Source: Phoronis australis (lineage: Eukaryota > Animalia > Phoronida). Taken from it: a stretch of DNA of 64,000 nt. Location of the stretch: the NCBI GenBank assembly GCA_002633005.1, contig NMRA01000069.1:974990-1038989 (forward strand), written 5' to 3'. Under the pieces are notes generated by a model. The model had not been told where the DNA came from. It saw only the letters and a program-made list of their open reading frames with translations, and did not search any database. Shown here in pieces: positions 39,301 to 51,144 of the stretch. The first letter of the stretch is position 1. Each line of letters begins with the position of its first letter. Position numbers and translations under genes: made by a program.

Positions 39301-41964
39301 ACTTTTAATCCGAGTACGTAACGAAATGTAGGAAGTTTTAAGTGGTAAGTTGTCTACAGAGGGTTTGTCACATTCGAGTCCATGTGTTTTGTTTTTGTGT
39401 GATTCCACTGTATTTGTCCCGTCTGTTACGTACAAAATTCTGCAGAATTCACTTCCGCTTAACTCTACCATATCTTCACCATATAGACTGCGACAAAAAA
39501 TCGTTGAGTCGGGATGAACCAACAATTCGAGCGTAGTATAGTCGATTACACGATATCTTTAGTTGTAACGGAAGAGGCAAACAATGAGGATAACATTATC
39601 AGAGCGTGACCGCCCTGCTAGTTTTCACGAGGAGTTGGAAATCTTTCCTCGTCAAACCCTTTCTCTACTTTGCCCTTTCGCCAGTCGTCGGCGTTCCATC
39701 CAGTTTTCCAACTCAACTTCTACTTCTTTTTCTGCGCGCGGTCTGGAAGCTGTCCCGGACATTTATCCCAGAAGATCCCAATTGCGTAAAGCGCATGCAG
39801 CTATTTGAAACCACCAAACTTTTCTGAGCTGACGAGGGTCGAGTTCAGCAACGCTATTATCTCGCTAAAAAAACAAGATCTCGCCTAATTCCGCGATATA
39901 TCAACGTGTGTTTCCAAACAGAGCACGTGGTTTTGGCTAGATTTTTCTCGCCCCGAGGCAATTATTAAGCTCGGCACTGTACACAATTTCAATTTATGAT
40001 GATCAGCATTGTGTGCGTTTCTCTGCACACGGTTATGCAATTTAACGTTTCGGTGTCGGTGCGAAGTAATTCATCATTGTAGACGGTGGAATCAATACGA
40101 AAAAGAAGGCAGAACAAATTAAGTATATTTCAAATCAATTCCAAAACGTTGCTAGTACTTCGGTTGTTTGAAAACAACTTGAAGATGAACTTTCGGTAGT
40201 GATGTTACGTCAATGTTAGAACTCCGAGTATGGAGTGTATTTTCGAAAAGACAATTTTAAGTTGGATCGGAGCCCGGGGTCTTATCTATGTAATGTTCGA
40301 AATATAAATCGAAATATTTTTTAACATTTTCCGTTCTACTTTTTTACGAATTCAAGATAAGTGTCTCTCCCTCCTCCTGTATGGCTGATCCAAGTTCGAA
40401 CTACGTTACCGAACGGTATGCACGAACTACTAACTTGCGGAGTCTGGCCCTCCAAATAGATGGACTACTTCAAGATACATGTTTTTAATTACACGTTGTT
40501 GTCATTCTGTAACGGAGTTCATTCGTAGTAAATGCTCAGCACCATTTAAAAATCTTTTTCCTACAGCCAGTTCATTTTCCACCACGCTATTTCTAGTTTA
40601 CTTAGATTTTGAATAGTTGACTGTATACAAAAAAGTAACAATTTGGTATACAGTGTAGGTCTATTCCCAGCAGCCTAATTTTATGCGAAAGTAAACAACA
40701 AACAGGTTAGTCAATTCAGTACTTTTCCAAGTAAAGAACTGATTATGTTCAGAAATCTGCAAGCACACAGGGAGCCAGAACAAGGCCAGAGTTGGATGAC
40801 CTATCTCCATTGACGTCGATTAACTTTCTCGACAGATTCAAATACTTTTAAACATGCTCAGAACTTTCCAAAATTGGCTAAGGTTATAGAGCATTAGTTT
40901 GTTTCCAAGCCGCAAGTTCTCTGGCGGCACTGCTAATGATTCACTAAAACACAGTAGTACATGTCTCCCCGTGAAGCCCCACAACAAGAAAATTAACTAA
41001 AAGAACTTTACAGCGAAGTGTCGGACACAGAAGCAATCGCCAAACTCCATTTGATCGCAACAACGTGTGTGCAAAATTCTGAGTGCGAAATTTCTGATTT
41101 AAAAAACAACTGATGGAAAAAACAGGACAATTCATGTTGCCTACGCCATTGTAAAAGCTGTGCTGATTCACTGTTCTTTCTTGGTAAAACTGATCCAACA
41201 GACATGGTGCAGGCCTATTGCTACCGCTCACGGGCATAAACAGCAGGCTACAGGTGACACGCAATATATTTTGAACCACACCTGAGTTCACCTGCTCCAA
41301 TTTCATTAAAATTTGACGCCTGCTGGTTTGGCATTGTAAGTTTTGTGATGCATCTGACGGCTACAATTAGCATTTACTTGGATTTTTTTAGTCTGTTCCG
41401 AGTGAAAGGTTTCCAGTTGTGGACTTCTTGACCCATTTTTTGCAGTCATGGCTTTTTAAAATCTTTATTGCTTGCTTGCGGGAAGTTGAAATTTAGGTGA
41501 AAATTATGATACCCATCAGACACAAACGATTTGTAAAAAAATCTGGCTGATCGTCACCAACTTTCCACGTGGTTTTTGTAATCTTGAGAGTTTTGACAGT
41601 CTCAATGCACTGTATCTCAGTTCGTAGAGATGGCGTGCAAATGGTGGCTTTAGGGTGAAAATAGATGTTTTGATGTATATTTGTTGTTCTTAAGAAGCGA
41701 GCTGAACTTTCCAGTAGCCATAAAAGATGGGCAAATAACTTTGAAATCAGACTTTATGCCATATTTTGTAAGTCTTTGGCTCAGTATACAGTCCATATTT
41801 TCTTATTTTGTACGCACTGCGGAACAGACTCTTAAAGCTGCCACGACCTCACTTGTCACGCCCAAAATCAGCGAAAACTGCCACAGTATACAACTAGGCC
41901 GAGGAAATAAAAACAACAAAAAGACTCTGTAAGGAAACAGAAGAATAATATTCATGGCGCTTAC

Positions 41965-42275
41965 CTTGTTCTCACTTCTTCATTTGAATCTAACTCTTTA
42001 GCGCGGGCCAAAACATCGGCAATTTGTTTCCGTTCGTCATCAGTGAGATGGCTTAAATCCAACTCCGGGGGTTTCGTCGGTGACGGCAATATTGTAGGAG
42101 AGCCACGAGCCGAAGACGCGGACGAGAGTCTGCCTCGCCTAGTTGAAGCTCGAGATATTTCGGACGCTATCGACATGGCGTCGGAGTTGGGTGTAGAAGC
42201 TGCACTCGACACGTTACCTTGAGATCCCAATTCGGAGCGGTTTGGATTCAGAGGCTGGCTATCTTCATTGCCCAT
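41965..42275 (-). CDS. PCLO: Piccolo-like coding exon 1 (N-terminus, Rab-binding helix)
   Basis: MGNEDSQ... and ELDLSHLTDDERKQIADVLARAK resemble Piccolo MGNEAS and the LDLS-L-EEER--I--V--RA helix; donor AG|gtaag, phase 2. Confidence 0.9.
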
Positions 42276-42721
42276 ATTAACATAGACGTATTCACTATAT
42301 TAGAGGACTTCCGAGTAAGTTTAGTCTATCGCATCATTGTTCTGACGTCCTTGCAAAAAGTCGTTGGTGAATTCTGCACATCGAGACCGATCCTTTCGAA
42401 ACTGTGGCAAAAACACCTATTGCACGTTTCCTTTTGTGCTTTTATTCAGACGAAATCCATTTCGATTCATCTCGTCACAGCCCATATGCACCGAGAACTG
42501 AAATTAGAGAAAAAATAATACACTGTTAATGATACCATGAAATGTATCGGCTTAAGAGTAGAAATAACGAGTAGTCAAAACAACTAAATTGGATATGTGA
42601 TAGCAGAGTAATTTTCAGAAATGCCATTTCATATTACACAATTTGCATTAAAGTGATATCAATTTGAAATGCAAGAGATCTAAGGTACATTTTGCCTTGG
42701 TGAATCTGTTTTAACTTGTGC

Positions 42722-42838
42722 GACGTTAGATCATTAAAGATGTAAACCCAAACAACACTAGGGGCCTGTTGAAAGTGACGTTAGATCATTAAAGGTGTAA
42801 ACCCAAACAACATTAGGGGCCTGTTGAAAGTGACGTTA
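42722..42838. repeat. 55-bp tandem duplication
   Basis: gacgttagatcattaaag...ggggcctgttgaaagt twice, plus gacgtta. Confidence 0.9.
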
Positions 42839-44615
42839 AACGATCCCACTTCACGTAATCATGGTCGCATCACAGTCTAGAAATTGTTTATAGAAATTAT
42901 CTCAGCAACCAGCAGATTTTTTTACATTCTCAGGGACTTTGCATAATTATTTTTCTGAAATAGCAGTAGAAAGTTTTATGAAACAGAACCCAGTGTCAGG
43001 TATTGTTGAATAAAACATAACGTAAAGTGCATTGTTCAAGAATAGTAACGTGACAATACGATAATGTGACGTCAGTGTTGCCAGAATAGGAATTTTTAGC
43101 ATGACGTCATTTTGACGTCATTGGGACGCTTTGGACTCAGTGTGACAGCATGTCTATTCTTATTTCCGGGTCCTAATTGCGTCATCTACTGCCCTGACAC
43201 GTCATCACTAAACATCCTAATAGTGTATACGCAACTAGCAGGGTGCAATCTTGCGTCCACTTCGACCTTTGGCTCTGAAACGAGAAGCGCGTGGAAAAAC
43301 GCCAGCTGACGCGTTTCCGTGTTCAAGACTTAGAATGGAGGTATTTGTTGCAAACCTTTGTGAGCTCATGAGATCACAAAGCGAAACTTGCAGCTTTAAC
43401 GATGACGTAAGCTAGTTGCAGCAAATTTCTAACTAAATTTCTACTCAGCTTTGTTTCGTACTTACGGGGCTGCATTTGCATGGTTGACTGTTAATATCAC
43501 GCTTCTTTTGATTAATTGGGGACTTACTGGCAATCTATTGATCAGGTGAGCTGGCTGTTATTAACGTCTAGGGAAAACAGACTCAAAGAGAGGGAATTTA
43601 TATATCTTTATAATCTTTGATAGAGTAGTTCTCCCAGTCTCTGAAGAGTTTTCCTAAACAAAGTGACTGAGGCACAAAAGATCCATGGGTGCCCTAGACG
43701 ATGCATGCCTGAAGTGTTGATCTTCGGAGTACAAATGAAGTTTATAGACGAGTTCAGGAATAAAGTCAAGAGCATAATGTATTCTTGGCATGCCAATAGA
43801 TGCAAAACAGAAAACAGTTACAAGACAAGAGCATGAAACTCGTAAAAAACACCAAAAAGGAATAAAACAGGATTTGCAAACACCAGATAATTCAAGAAAT
43901 AAAAGAGTCGAGCTGCGCCATGACTGCAGCTAACCCGGTATGCGTTCCGTAGACCCAAGACATCAATCATGCACTTACGGCGAGAGATGTTCTCTTATAG
44001 TACTGAAACAGTAATTGTATCCCATAATTCAACATTCCAACCTTGCCCAATCAACTCAGTTGCCTTCATTTTGCTAGGTTACGCAACGGTCTCTAGCATA
44101 CTGGTAAAACAATAACCTTTCATTCGCGTGATTTTGCGTGGTCTTGCGTGATCTCATCTTTCACGCAAGAGACAAAGCGAAGCTCAGGACACAGAGACCG
44201 CCTGACCCTTTAGCTACAATCTTTTTTCTTCCATTAACTATAATATCGTCATGGTGGATTAGCAAGATAAATTATGCCCCAAGACTAGGGAGGGACTCAA
44301 AAATCCATAACACAAATGTATATATGTGCGTTGTGTTTGTATTGGTGTAAGGATTGTCTAGTCTATAGCTTGCATATCCTTCAACCAGGTTCCTTATCAA
44401 TAATAAACGCAACTAATTAAACCCTTGTTACCCAATGAACAGTGGTCATGTATTATTAATACTTTAGTATACCGATGAGTAACTTTACGTGATATTCCAG
44501 AGGAATGATAAAGCCACACTCGCCTGCATGGCCAGTTGCATCTAAATTTTACACTTGCACACCATACGATTTTTCATCATCAACAAAATATCTTATTGTT
44601 TTATACTTCAAAGAC

Positions 44616-45019
44616 ACCATAGACTATAGTAGATGGACTGCCAACTCCGTATATTTTCAATGGACGAACTCTGTGATCTTATGCATAAGCTGTGTCGTCA
44701 ATACTCACTAGCGATATCTGGCAGACATACCACGTTTTGCTTCCGGCAAATGCGTCGCCTGCTAATCATGGTTGGCTGTTATGTGGTCGGGTGCAGTAGC
44801 ATTGCCAAAAGTATTCACGATACCATGAGTTCTACTATTGGAAGACTTTGAAGACTGTTTCAATCTCGAAATCATTTTTTTTTTCGTTGTACTGGACAGT
44901 AAAATAGAGGCAAAATTTTCCACGTCACCATACACTAACCGGAAGCTGAGTTTGCTATATTTAGAGGGTGGCGCTTTCTCTAGAAAATTACGAAAGAAAA
45001 TGTCGGAGTTACGAATCTG
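44616..45019. mobile_element. Second, internally deleted and truncated copy of the 4236-4809 MITE
   Basis: Same-strand similarity from accatagactatagt through aaaatgtcggagttacgaatct. Confidence 0.75.
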
Positions 45020-46178
45020 TTGACGTAAAAAACGAACTTCAATTTTGACCACTGATAGATATAAAACGGGTCTCAACTTTACTCACTCTCAGATAAAGCT
45101 ATTCCTGGGCTTGCGCAGAGCTGACAGTTCGTGAGCTCTCGAGAACATGCCCGGCACATAAAATTGCCCACTTGTTAAGTAAGCCAAAGTCTTGATCAAT
45201 AACGATTTGACAGTTCCGTCTAAGTTCGTAGTTCACCTCTTAGTTGAGCAAAGAACAAATTCTGACAAATTTTGTACATTAGCTATTAAAATAAATTGCA
45301 CAAGGTTAAACTTTGTACACTATATCCTTTTTATTTAGATAATCTAATGCCATCTAAATCAAAAATTAGTTTGCCACGGTAGAAAAGTTCATCTTAGCGT
45401 TAATTCGACTATCATTCCGTATTTATGCCACCTTTGATAATCATTTCAACGAACTTAATTGCTTCAAGAGGCAGGAAACTGAATTTACCCTCAGGGAATG
45501 AACGCTGATAACATGAATCCGTGGATTTACTTAATTGTCTCATTTTTTATATTTGAAGGCTTCAAATTAATGAAACGCCACTAGTTTTTGCGGGGTTTCC
45601 CACCTTTTAGGCCGAATGTTGAACTCAAGTCCAAAGTATTGAACTATTTTCTGTTTTACTTCAATAAAAACTCAAGATACGCTTGTTTATCTGTTCTCGA
45701 ACGAAGATTTAGAATGATACGTACACAATCCAACGTCGCAATAGATGACAGTGGCGTAAAAGCCGCCAATTCAACTTCGAACTCGAGTCTTCAAATTGAG
45801 TTAGAGGTTTTCAAGTGAAAACTTGGTTCATGTAGTCACCTGCGTATAAAGTGCGTAAACCATAACAAGAACATAACAAAAATCTTGAGTTCTCGCTGAA
45901 GCGGTGCATCAAATGACAACACCAAGTTGGCTTTCGAAATCGAGTTCAGAAAAATAAATTTCGAACCTCGACTCTGACGATAGGCCATCAGATTTGACCA
46001 GGTACATGTACTTGCTTTGCAAAAAGTGACTTATATCTTAGGCTCCCACACTGCTAAGGCAAGAAGCTCAGTTTTCGAGTTTCTATTGCAGAGCGTTGAC
46101 CCTGAGTCCTGGTGTTGAAGCAATCATAGTGTTTACTCTCTGGTAACAGGGTTTTTTAGATTTCCGGCGCAATAACAT

Positions 46179-46523
46179 CATAGGGGGATTTGGGGGGGGG
46201 TCTCGCCTTCTCCCCCCCCCCCCCCCCCNNNNNNNNNCCCCCGGCTGCCGCAAGCAAAATGAAACATCAACAGCTTGAAGCGTGAGGAAATATTGAGCTC
46301 AGTAACTAGGACTGATAGTGGAGAAGGGGGGAGGTGCTCAGACCCCATGTCGCGACGGGATCGCGTTCCCGTTTTTTTAGTCTATAGACTTTCCAAACAG
46401 AAGGTTCATACTACTCCCGGACCCTGCAACTTTCGGGCCGCCTGTGCACATACAATCGCGCTTTGCCCAATTCCCCGAGGCAACATGTTGGGCCCCCCTT
46501 ATGGTATCCTAGATCCGCATCTG
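46179..46523. mobile_element. hAT-like MITE with 5-bp TSD (contains N gap 46229-46237)
   Basis: CATAGGGGGAT...ATCCGCATCTG termini; AACAT on both sides; poly-G/poly-C subterminal runs as in the 52430 element. Confidence 0.7.
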
Positions 46524-47735
46524 AACATAGTCAAACTTCGTGAGCCGGGCACGTTTCTTGCGAGCTAGGAGAAATCATGGAAGATTTTTCGAGTTATTGC
46601 AATGTATTATAAGATCATCACGTGTTCTCATTAACTCTAACTCACGAGTTTCTCACCTTACGATACGGCGTGAAATTCTCTCTTACAGAACGGAAACTGG
46701 ATTCTATCCCGTGATACAAGAAATCTATCCCACAGTTCAACAGTCCGACCTCATCGATCAATCAGGTTACGCTAGTGCGGTCTCGCGCATACTCGCGAAA
46801 CACTCGCCTTTCACTCGCGCGACTTTGCGTGATCTTGCGTGACCTCGTTCTCCACGCATGCAAAACGGACTATGGAACACTACCTTGTAGTTGAAAGTGC
46901 GTTTTCATACCGTTCTCAGTACAACTGCGTGGTGTTGACGTGGAATATAGCGCTAAAATACGATAACAAGCCTCAGGCTATTCACGTTGCCAAAGTCATT
47001 AACCTTTCAATTTCCTTTTCTTCTAAATGTCACAAACAGTTTTTGATGAACGAATACTGGCAAGTGAAGCTAGTGACGTCATTTAGAGCGAATGTGACAA
47101 AGGCCACTATGCACGGAACTGATTTCCAGTCAGCTCATTTTCACATTTAGTCAAAGCTATGAAATTTCCTGCTGGAATTCCTTGCATTTTGCTAAACGTT
47201 ACCAACAGCCGTTTTTGAAATCATCGAATATTTAATCAAATGCTCACGCAATAATAATACAGCCGGCAATTTCCCACAAAAACAGGTTATCGTTGCGCAA
47301 TCAACCCACAGCATTTTATATCTGTTTCAGCCTACACATTTGGTATAGCACTTACACGTGTACATGTATGTTATTTGTTGGAGAACATAGTTTACATGAA
47401 CGTTCTCATTATTTATCGGCTGCGATGCGTCGTCACTATGGACTAAAACAGCCCAGACATATTTCAAATCCATTTCAATCAATATCATTTGATAGGCTGC
47501 TGACTTGGAATTGTAATCGATCTATAAATAACATGTTGATGCTGTCATTATCCTCATTTCCAGTTATCATTACGAAAAACTATGAAAAAAGGTTTATGTT
47601 ATAGGCCTATCATTTTGTTAACAAACAGGTCGAGCTTTGAGCTGATGAAGAGAGTAATCACTCTAAATTACACATTATCTATAGGTAATTTAATACTCTG
47701 GCTTAGATCGGTTTTAGATAACAGACATTTTATTC

Positions 47736-48827
47736 TCAGCAGCACGTGCCTTTACAACATTTAAAACATTTCACACAGCAACAACACACGCAGCTCCATT
47801 TACAACAATAGGGAAGGCACCAGAAGAGACACCTGTCGCACGTGCATCCGGGATTGCCAGCATCCTTTTCGCAGTTGCCGCACGCGCGACAGCAGGCGAC
47901 ACACAGGCAACAAACGCAATCCCACTTGCAACAATCTGGACAGAAGCAGCAACAACATCTGTTCCATTCAATACATTTGCAACGGTCCGCGCAGATGGGC
48001 GACTCTATGTCATACACAAGATCTTTGCACTTAATGGGCGTCGAATTGTGCTCAGCTTCGAATGGATATGGCAAAATTGGGACACCCCCGTATGAAAAAT
48101 CGCTCTCATGGCCACTGATATCGTCGGAATTTAAGTATTTATAAAGAGTTGGCGGCTCCTCGAATTCACAGAACACTTGCTTCTTTTCTAATCGATGGAC
48201 TTCTTCCCTCCATTTTGTCCAAAGCTCTTGTCGTTCTGCCCCTGGTGTACTGAGCTCAAAATAGCAGTCGTCGCCAGAAGGCAGTTTTAGTTTAAGTCTT
48301 TTTTGATGTTCAGTTTTCAAAGCTTGTGCAAAGACTTCGAGACTAATGGTATCAAACGGGAGTACTTCGCTGATACACATGACGGGCTCATCATCGCCAA
48401 TATCGTAGGCTATGTCTGCTGGACTCAGGTCAAGAGGCCTTCGTCCAGTTATTCGCTCCACCACCTTTTCAATCAGAGACGCGTGTTTTAGGGCTATTAC
48501 TTTGATCCTCGGAAGCTTGGGATTGCGATAAAGTCCAACGACCAAGTATTTGTCAGTGAGAGCCAAATGCATTTGCTTTATAGCGATGCCAGATACTGTC
48601 TCCAAAACAAAGGGTCCTTCAACAATTATTGGCCACACATCGGCCACACAACGAAATACTTCGTCATTTAACAGAGCTTGACGAATGGGACTAAAGTTTT
48701 CGTGTTCTTCTGTACCCAGAAAATCCCACTTGCCTTCGTTTGAAACACTTTGCCTGTGTGAAGGCTGGTGCTGGATAACTACGTCAGGCGTTTGCTCGTT
48801 GCCCAATAACCTGTTTTCCTTTGCCAT
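47736..48827 (-). CDS. FAM71/GARIN-like (DUF3699-like) protein with Cys-rich C-terminal tail, about 363 aa, no intron in the CDS
   Basis: Long ORF, first ATG at 48827 (MAKENR). PIIVEGPFVLETVSG and EVLPFDTISLEV...QKRLKLKLPSGDDCYFEL...RQELWTKW resemble GARIN PMFESDFIQISKRG and RLLPLKFV...QQLRLKLATGRTFYLQL...REDLF--W. AATAAA directly after the stop (47729-47734). Confidence 0.75.
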   Translation of the reverse strand: MAKENRLLGNEQTPDVVIQHQPSHRQSVSNEGKWDFLGTEEHENFSPIRQALLNDEVFRCVADVWPIIVEGPFVLETVSGIAIKQMHLALTDKYLVVGLYRNPKLPRIKVIALKHASLIEKVVERITGRRPLDLSPADIAYDIGDDEPVMCISEVLPFDTISLEVFAQALKTEHQKRLKLKLPSGDDCYFELSTPGAERQELWTKWREEVHRLEKKQVFCEFEEPPTLYKYLNSDDISGHESDFSYGGVPILPYPFEAEHNSTPIKCKDLVYDIESPICADRCKCIEWNRCCCCFCPDCCKWDCVCCLCVACCRACGNCEKDAGNPGCTCDRCLFWCLPYCCKWSCVCCCCVKCFKCCKGTCC

Positions 48828-48966
48828 AAAATCAACACTGAGTGGTTTTAATATAAGGCAACAGGACTGCAAGGTTCACCTACTCTATCACTCCACAGAA
48901 ATACTGTGGCATACATCTAAATGCTGAAAACATATTTCACAAGCAAACGACTTCATACTACTCATA

Positions 48967-48976
48967 ATGACGTCAT
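48967..48976. promoter_or_regulatory. Palindromic CRE/ATF site in the spacer between the divergent genes
   Basis: ATGACGTCAT lies near the middle of the 256-bp interval between the two ATGs; function not demonstrated. Confidence 0.35.
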
Positions 48977-49083
48977 AAGTAGGATTAATCACTATAATGA
49001 TTGAGTCGCAGTAACAAAACCACCAACAAAAGCTGCTGAGCCCGAGCATACCCTGAAGCAGTTGAAATGATGTCACTAAAATT

Positions 49084-49552
49084 ATGTTCAATCATTTCCC
49101 AAGTGGCAGAGTTCAGAAACTTTTAAAACTCTGCGCAGAGTACAGTGAATTCGAAGATGAGAGTAAGAACATCATCCTCGAAGGTCCTTTCGTTCAAGAA
49201 AGCAAAAACGGTGAAGGTATAAGACAAGTTTACGTCGCTTTATCTTTACATTCGATATTCATAGCACATCAAGTCATCAACGAAACTGCAAGAAAGTATT
49301 TATATCCGACCGGCGACGGGGACAAAGACCCAGACCTAGAACTCGAAGGTCTAGAGCTTCTTCGAATAATATTGCTTAAGAACGTTTTCGTAAAGGCCAC
49401 ATCTGATCATAAGATAGAGGTGGCTGGCCTGAATGGAGAAAAGGCATACTACGAATACGGAATTTACGAAGACGGTTGGAGAATGAAAGCCGCGTGGGCC
49501 ATGTGGCAAGAAGTTATACGTGGAATTCAGAGTATCTACGGTCCCAGTCTTG
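49084..49552 (+). CDS. FAM71/GARIN-like protein, exon 1 (conserved domain)
   Basis: GRVQKLL...EYSEF...IILEGPFVQESKNGE...LELLRIILLKNV...WAMW; visibly paralogous to the neighbouring minus-strand ORF; donor G|gtaggt, phase 1. Confidence 0.78.
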
Positions 49553-50128
49553 GTAGGTAGAAACAGCTACCCATGATATGAAAATGCTGAACGTTTTTGT
49601 AGCTTATCACATAAACAATCCGTTCATGGATTTTAGCCGATACCAAATACTTCAAAAAGCTCATTTACATATTCGAGATAAAATAACAAGGTGTTACCAC
49701 TGTCAAATTTCAAGAATTTGAAAAAGTCTGGAAACTCGGTTAAATCGGCAAGAATAACTAAAGCTTGATTTACAAGTGTCGAAAAAAACACACACTCATC
49801 GAATCACAGTTCATGAGACACCAAAAACGCTGAAAACACTTTTGTCTCTCAGAGCATGTACATGCACTAACTGCGTCATTAATATAAACCGTCTTTTTAA
49901 GGTGAGGTTACTTATCACCCTGGCAATAGTTTTTCACAATAAAACATTAGAGAACTTGGCTTGATGGATGTGGAATAGCTATACTTGTGAATAAAATGAT
50001 TAGCAATCACCTTTCGAATGCAATAAAACATGTGAATCAGATTGATATTCTTGCATGAAACCACTATTGTATTGTTCTCTTCTGATGTTTTTTACAAGAG
50101 AGATAATATTAGTGCACTGATCTTGCAG

Positions 50129-51144
50129 ACAAGGAAAAACATGAGATAGATAAGAAAAAACAAAAGGCTGCAGTGCGTGTGACGTCGTACGAAGTTCCTG
50201 CTGGCGACGACTCTGAGGAGTCACCAGTCGCGTCACATAAGAAGAGGCGATCTTCAACGTCGAGCAAGGGACGAAATCTAATTCAATGGAATAAGTCAAA
50301 GCGGAAAAGTTCCACCATAAATCAAGTCACACAAGAGAATGCCACCGTCGTTACAACACACCCTTCAGTTGGACCAGTCACGGCATGGCCGGCATTACAA
50401 CTACCGCCGACACCAAGTCTACCAGTATGGCCAGTGCCGCCGTCACCACCAACCTTACCAATTGCCGCAAAACAGACGGCATCGGAGTTCATGCGCTTAG
50501 AATTTGACAGATTTAAATCTCCAGACCCCCCTTCTGAAATAGGCTTAGGAGAAAATCTCACTAATGAGCCCACGGTAGACTTTTGCAGCAATGTGCAACA
50601 CGATACTATTAGCATGACCACACAAGAAAACGGAAGTAAACTCAAGACCAAAAAACACAAATTTTGGCAGCGTTCCAAAGCCAAATTAAAAGGCATTTTG
50701 AAGGCGAGGCCAAGTAAACATAATAGTCCCAGTTGTTCTCAAGAGTCTGTTTCACGATTCTGTAGTCCTTCAAAACTCATTGCTATGAGCGGTAGGACAG
50801 CCGCAGACGAAGGCCCTTCCCTTTCCCCTGAAGGAGATCTCAACAATCACTCTGCTAACGTTGAGAAGAAGGTGGTCAGTCTAAGAGAAATTAAACACCT
50901 TTGGACATGCGCAGAAAGTGAAGCAGCTGTAGAGCCTGTCAAAAATTTACCAGCTCAAGATCCGGTTTCCACGGACTCTATTCCTCTGTATGACCCGGAT
51001 GACCCAGACGCAGTGGTAGAAGACTTGAAAGCAGAACAGAAGGCGAAGAGATTGTTGAGAGACATGTTTCGTCAAAAATACGCGCAGAAACAGAAACGAG
51101 GACTGTCTCTGGTGACTTTTCTAAAAGCTAAACTAGGTACATAA
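50129..51144 (+). CDS. FAM71/GARIN-like protein, exon 2 (Pro/Ser/Lys-rich tail); spliced product about 494 aa
   Basis: tcttgcag|AC acceptor, phase 1, in frame with the 323-aa ORF; AATAAA near 51250 and 51323. Confidence 0.78.

Larger units (their letters stand above)
10326..42497 (-). other. PCLO: Piccolo-like active-zone scaffold gene (Piccolo/RIM/Fife/Clarinet family), whole locus, 18 coding exons, about 2305 aa
   Basis: Exons joined by hand at GT-AG sites with matching phase at all 17 introns; CDS sum 6918 nt. Domain order: MGNE N-terminus, Rab-binding helix/zinc finger, coiled coil, PDZ, C2A. A splice acceptor at 42498-42499 implies a further upstream 5'UTR exon. Confidence 0.88.

Noticed and set aside
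42722-42838. CRISPR-like array (also considered for 28420-28513 and 53825-53888)
   Set aside because: Direct tandem duplications without unique spacers, in a eukaryotic context with no cas genes.
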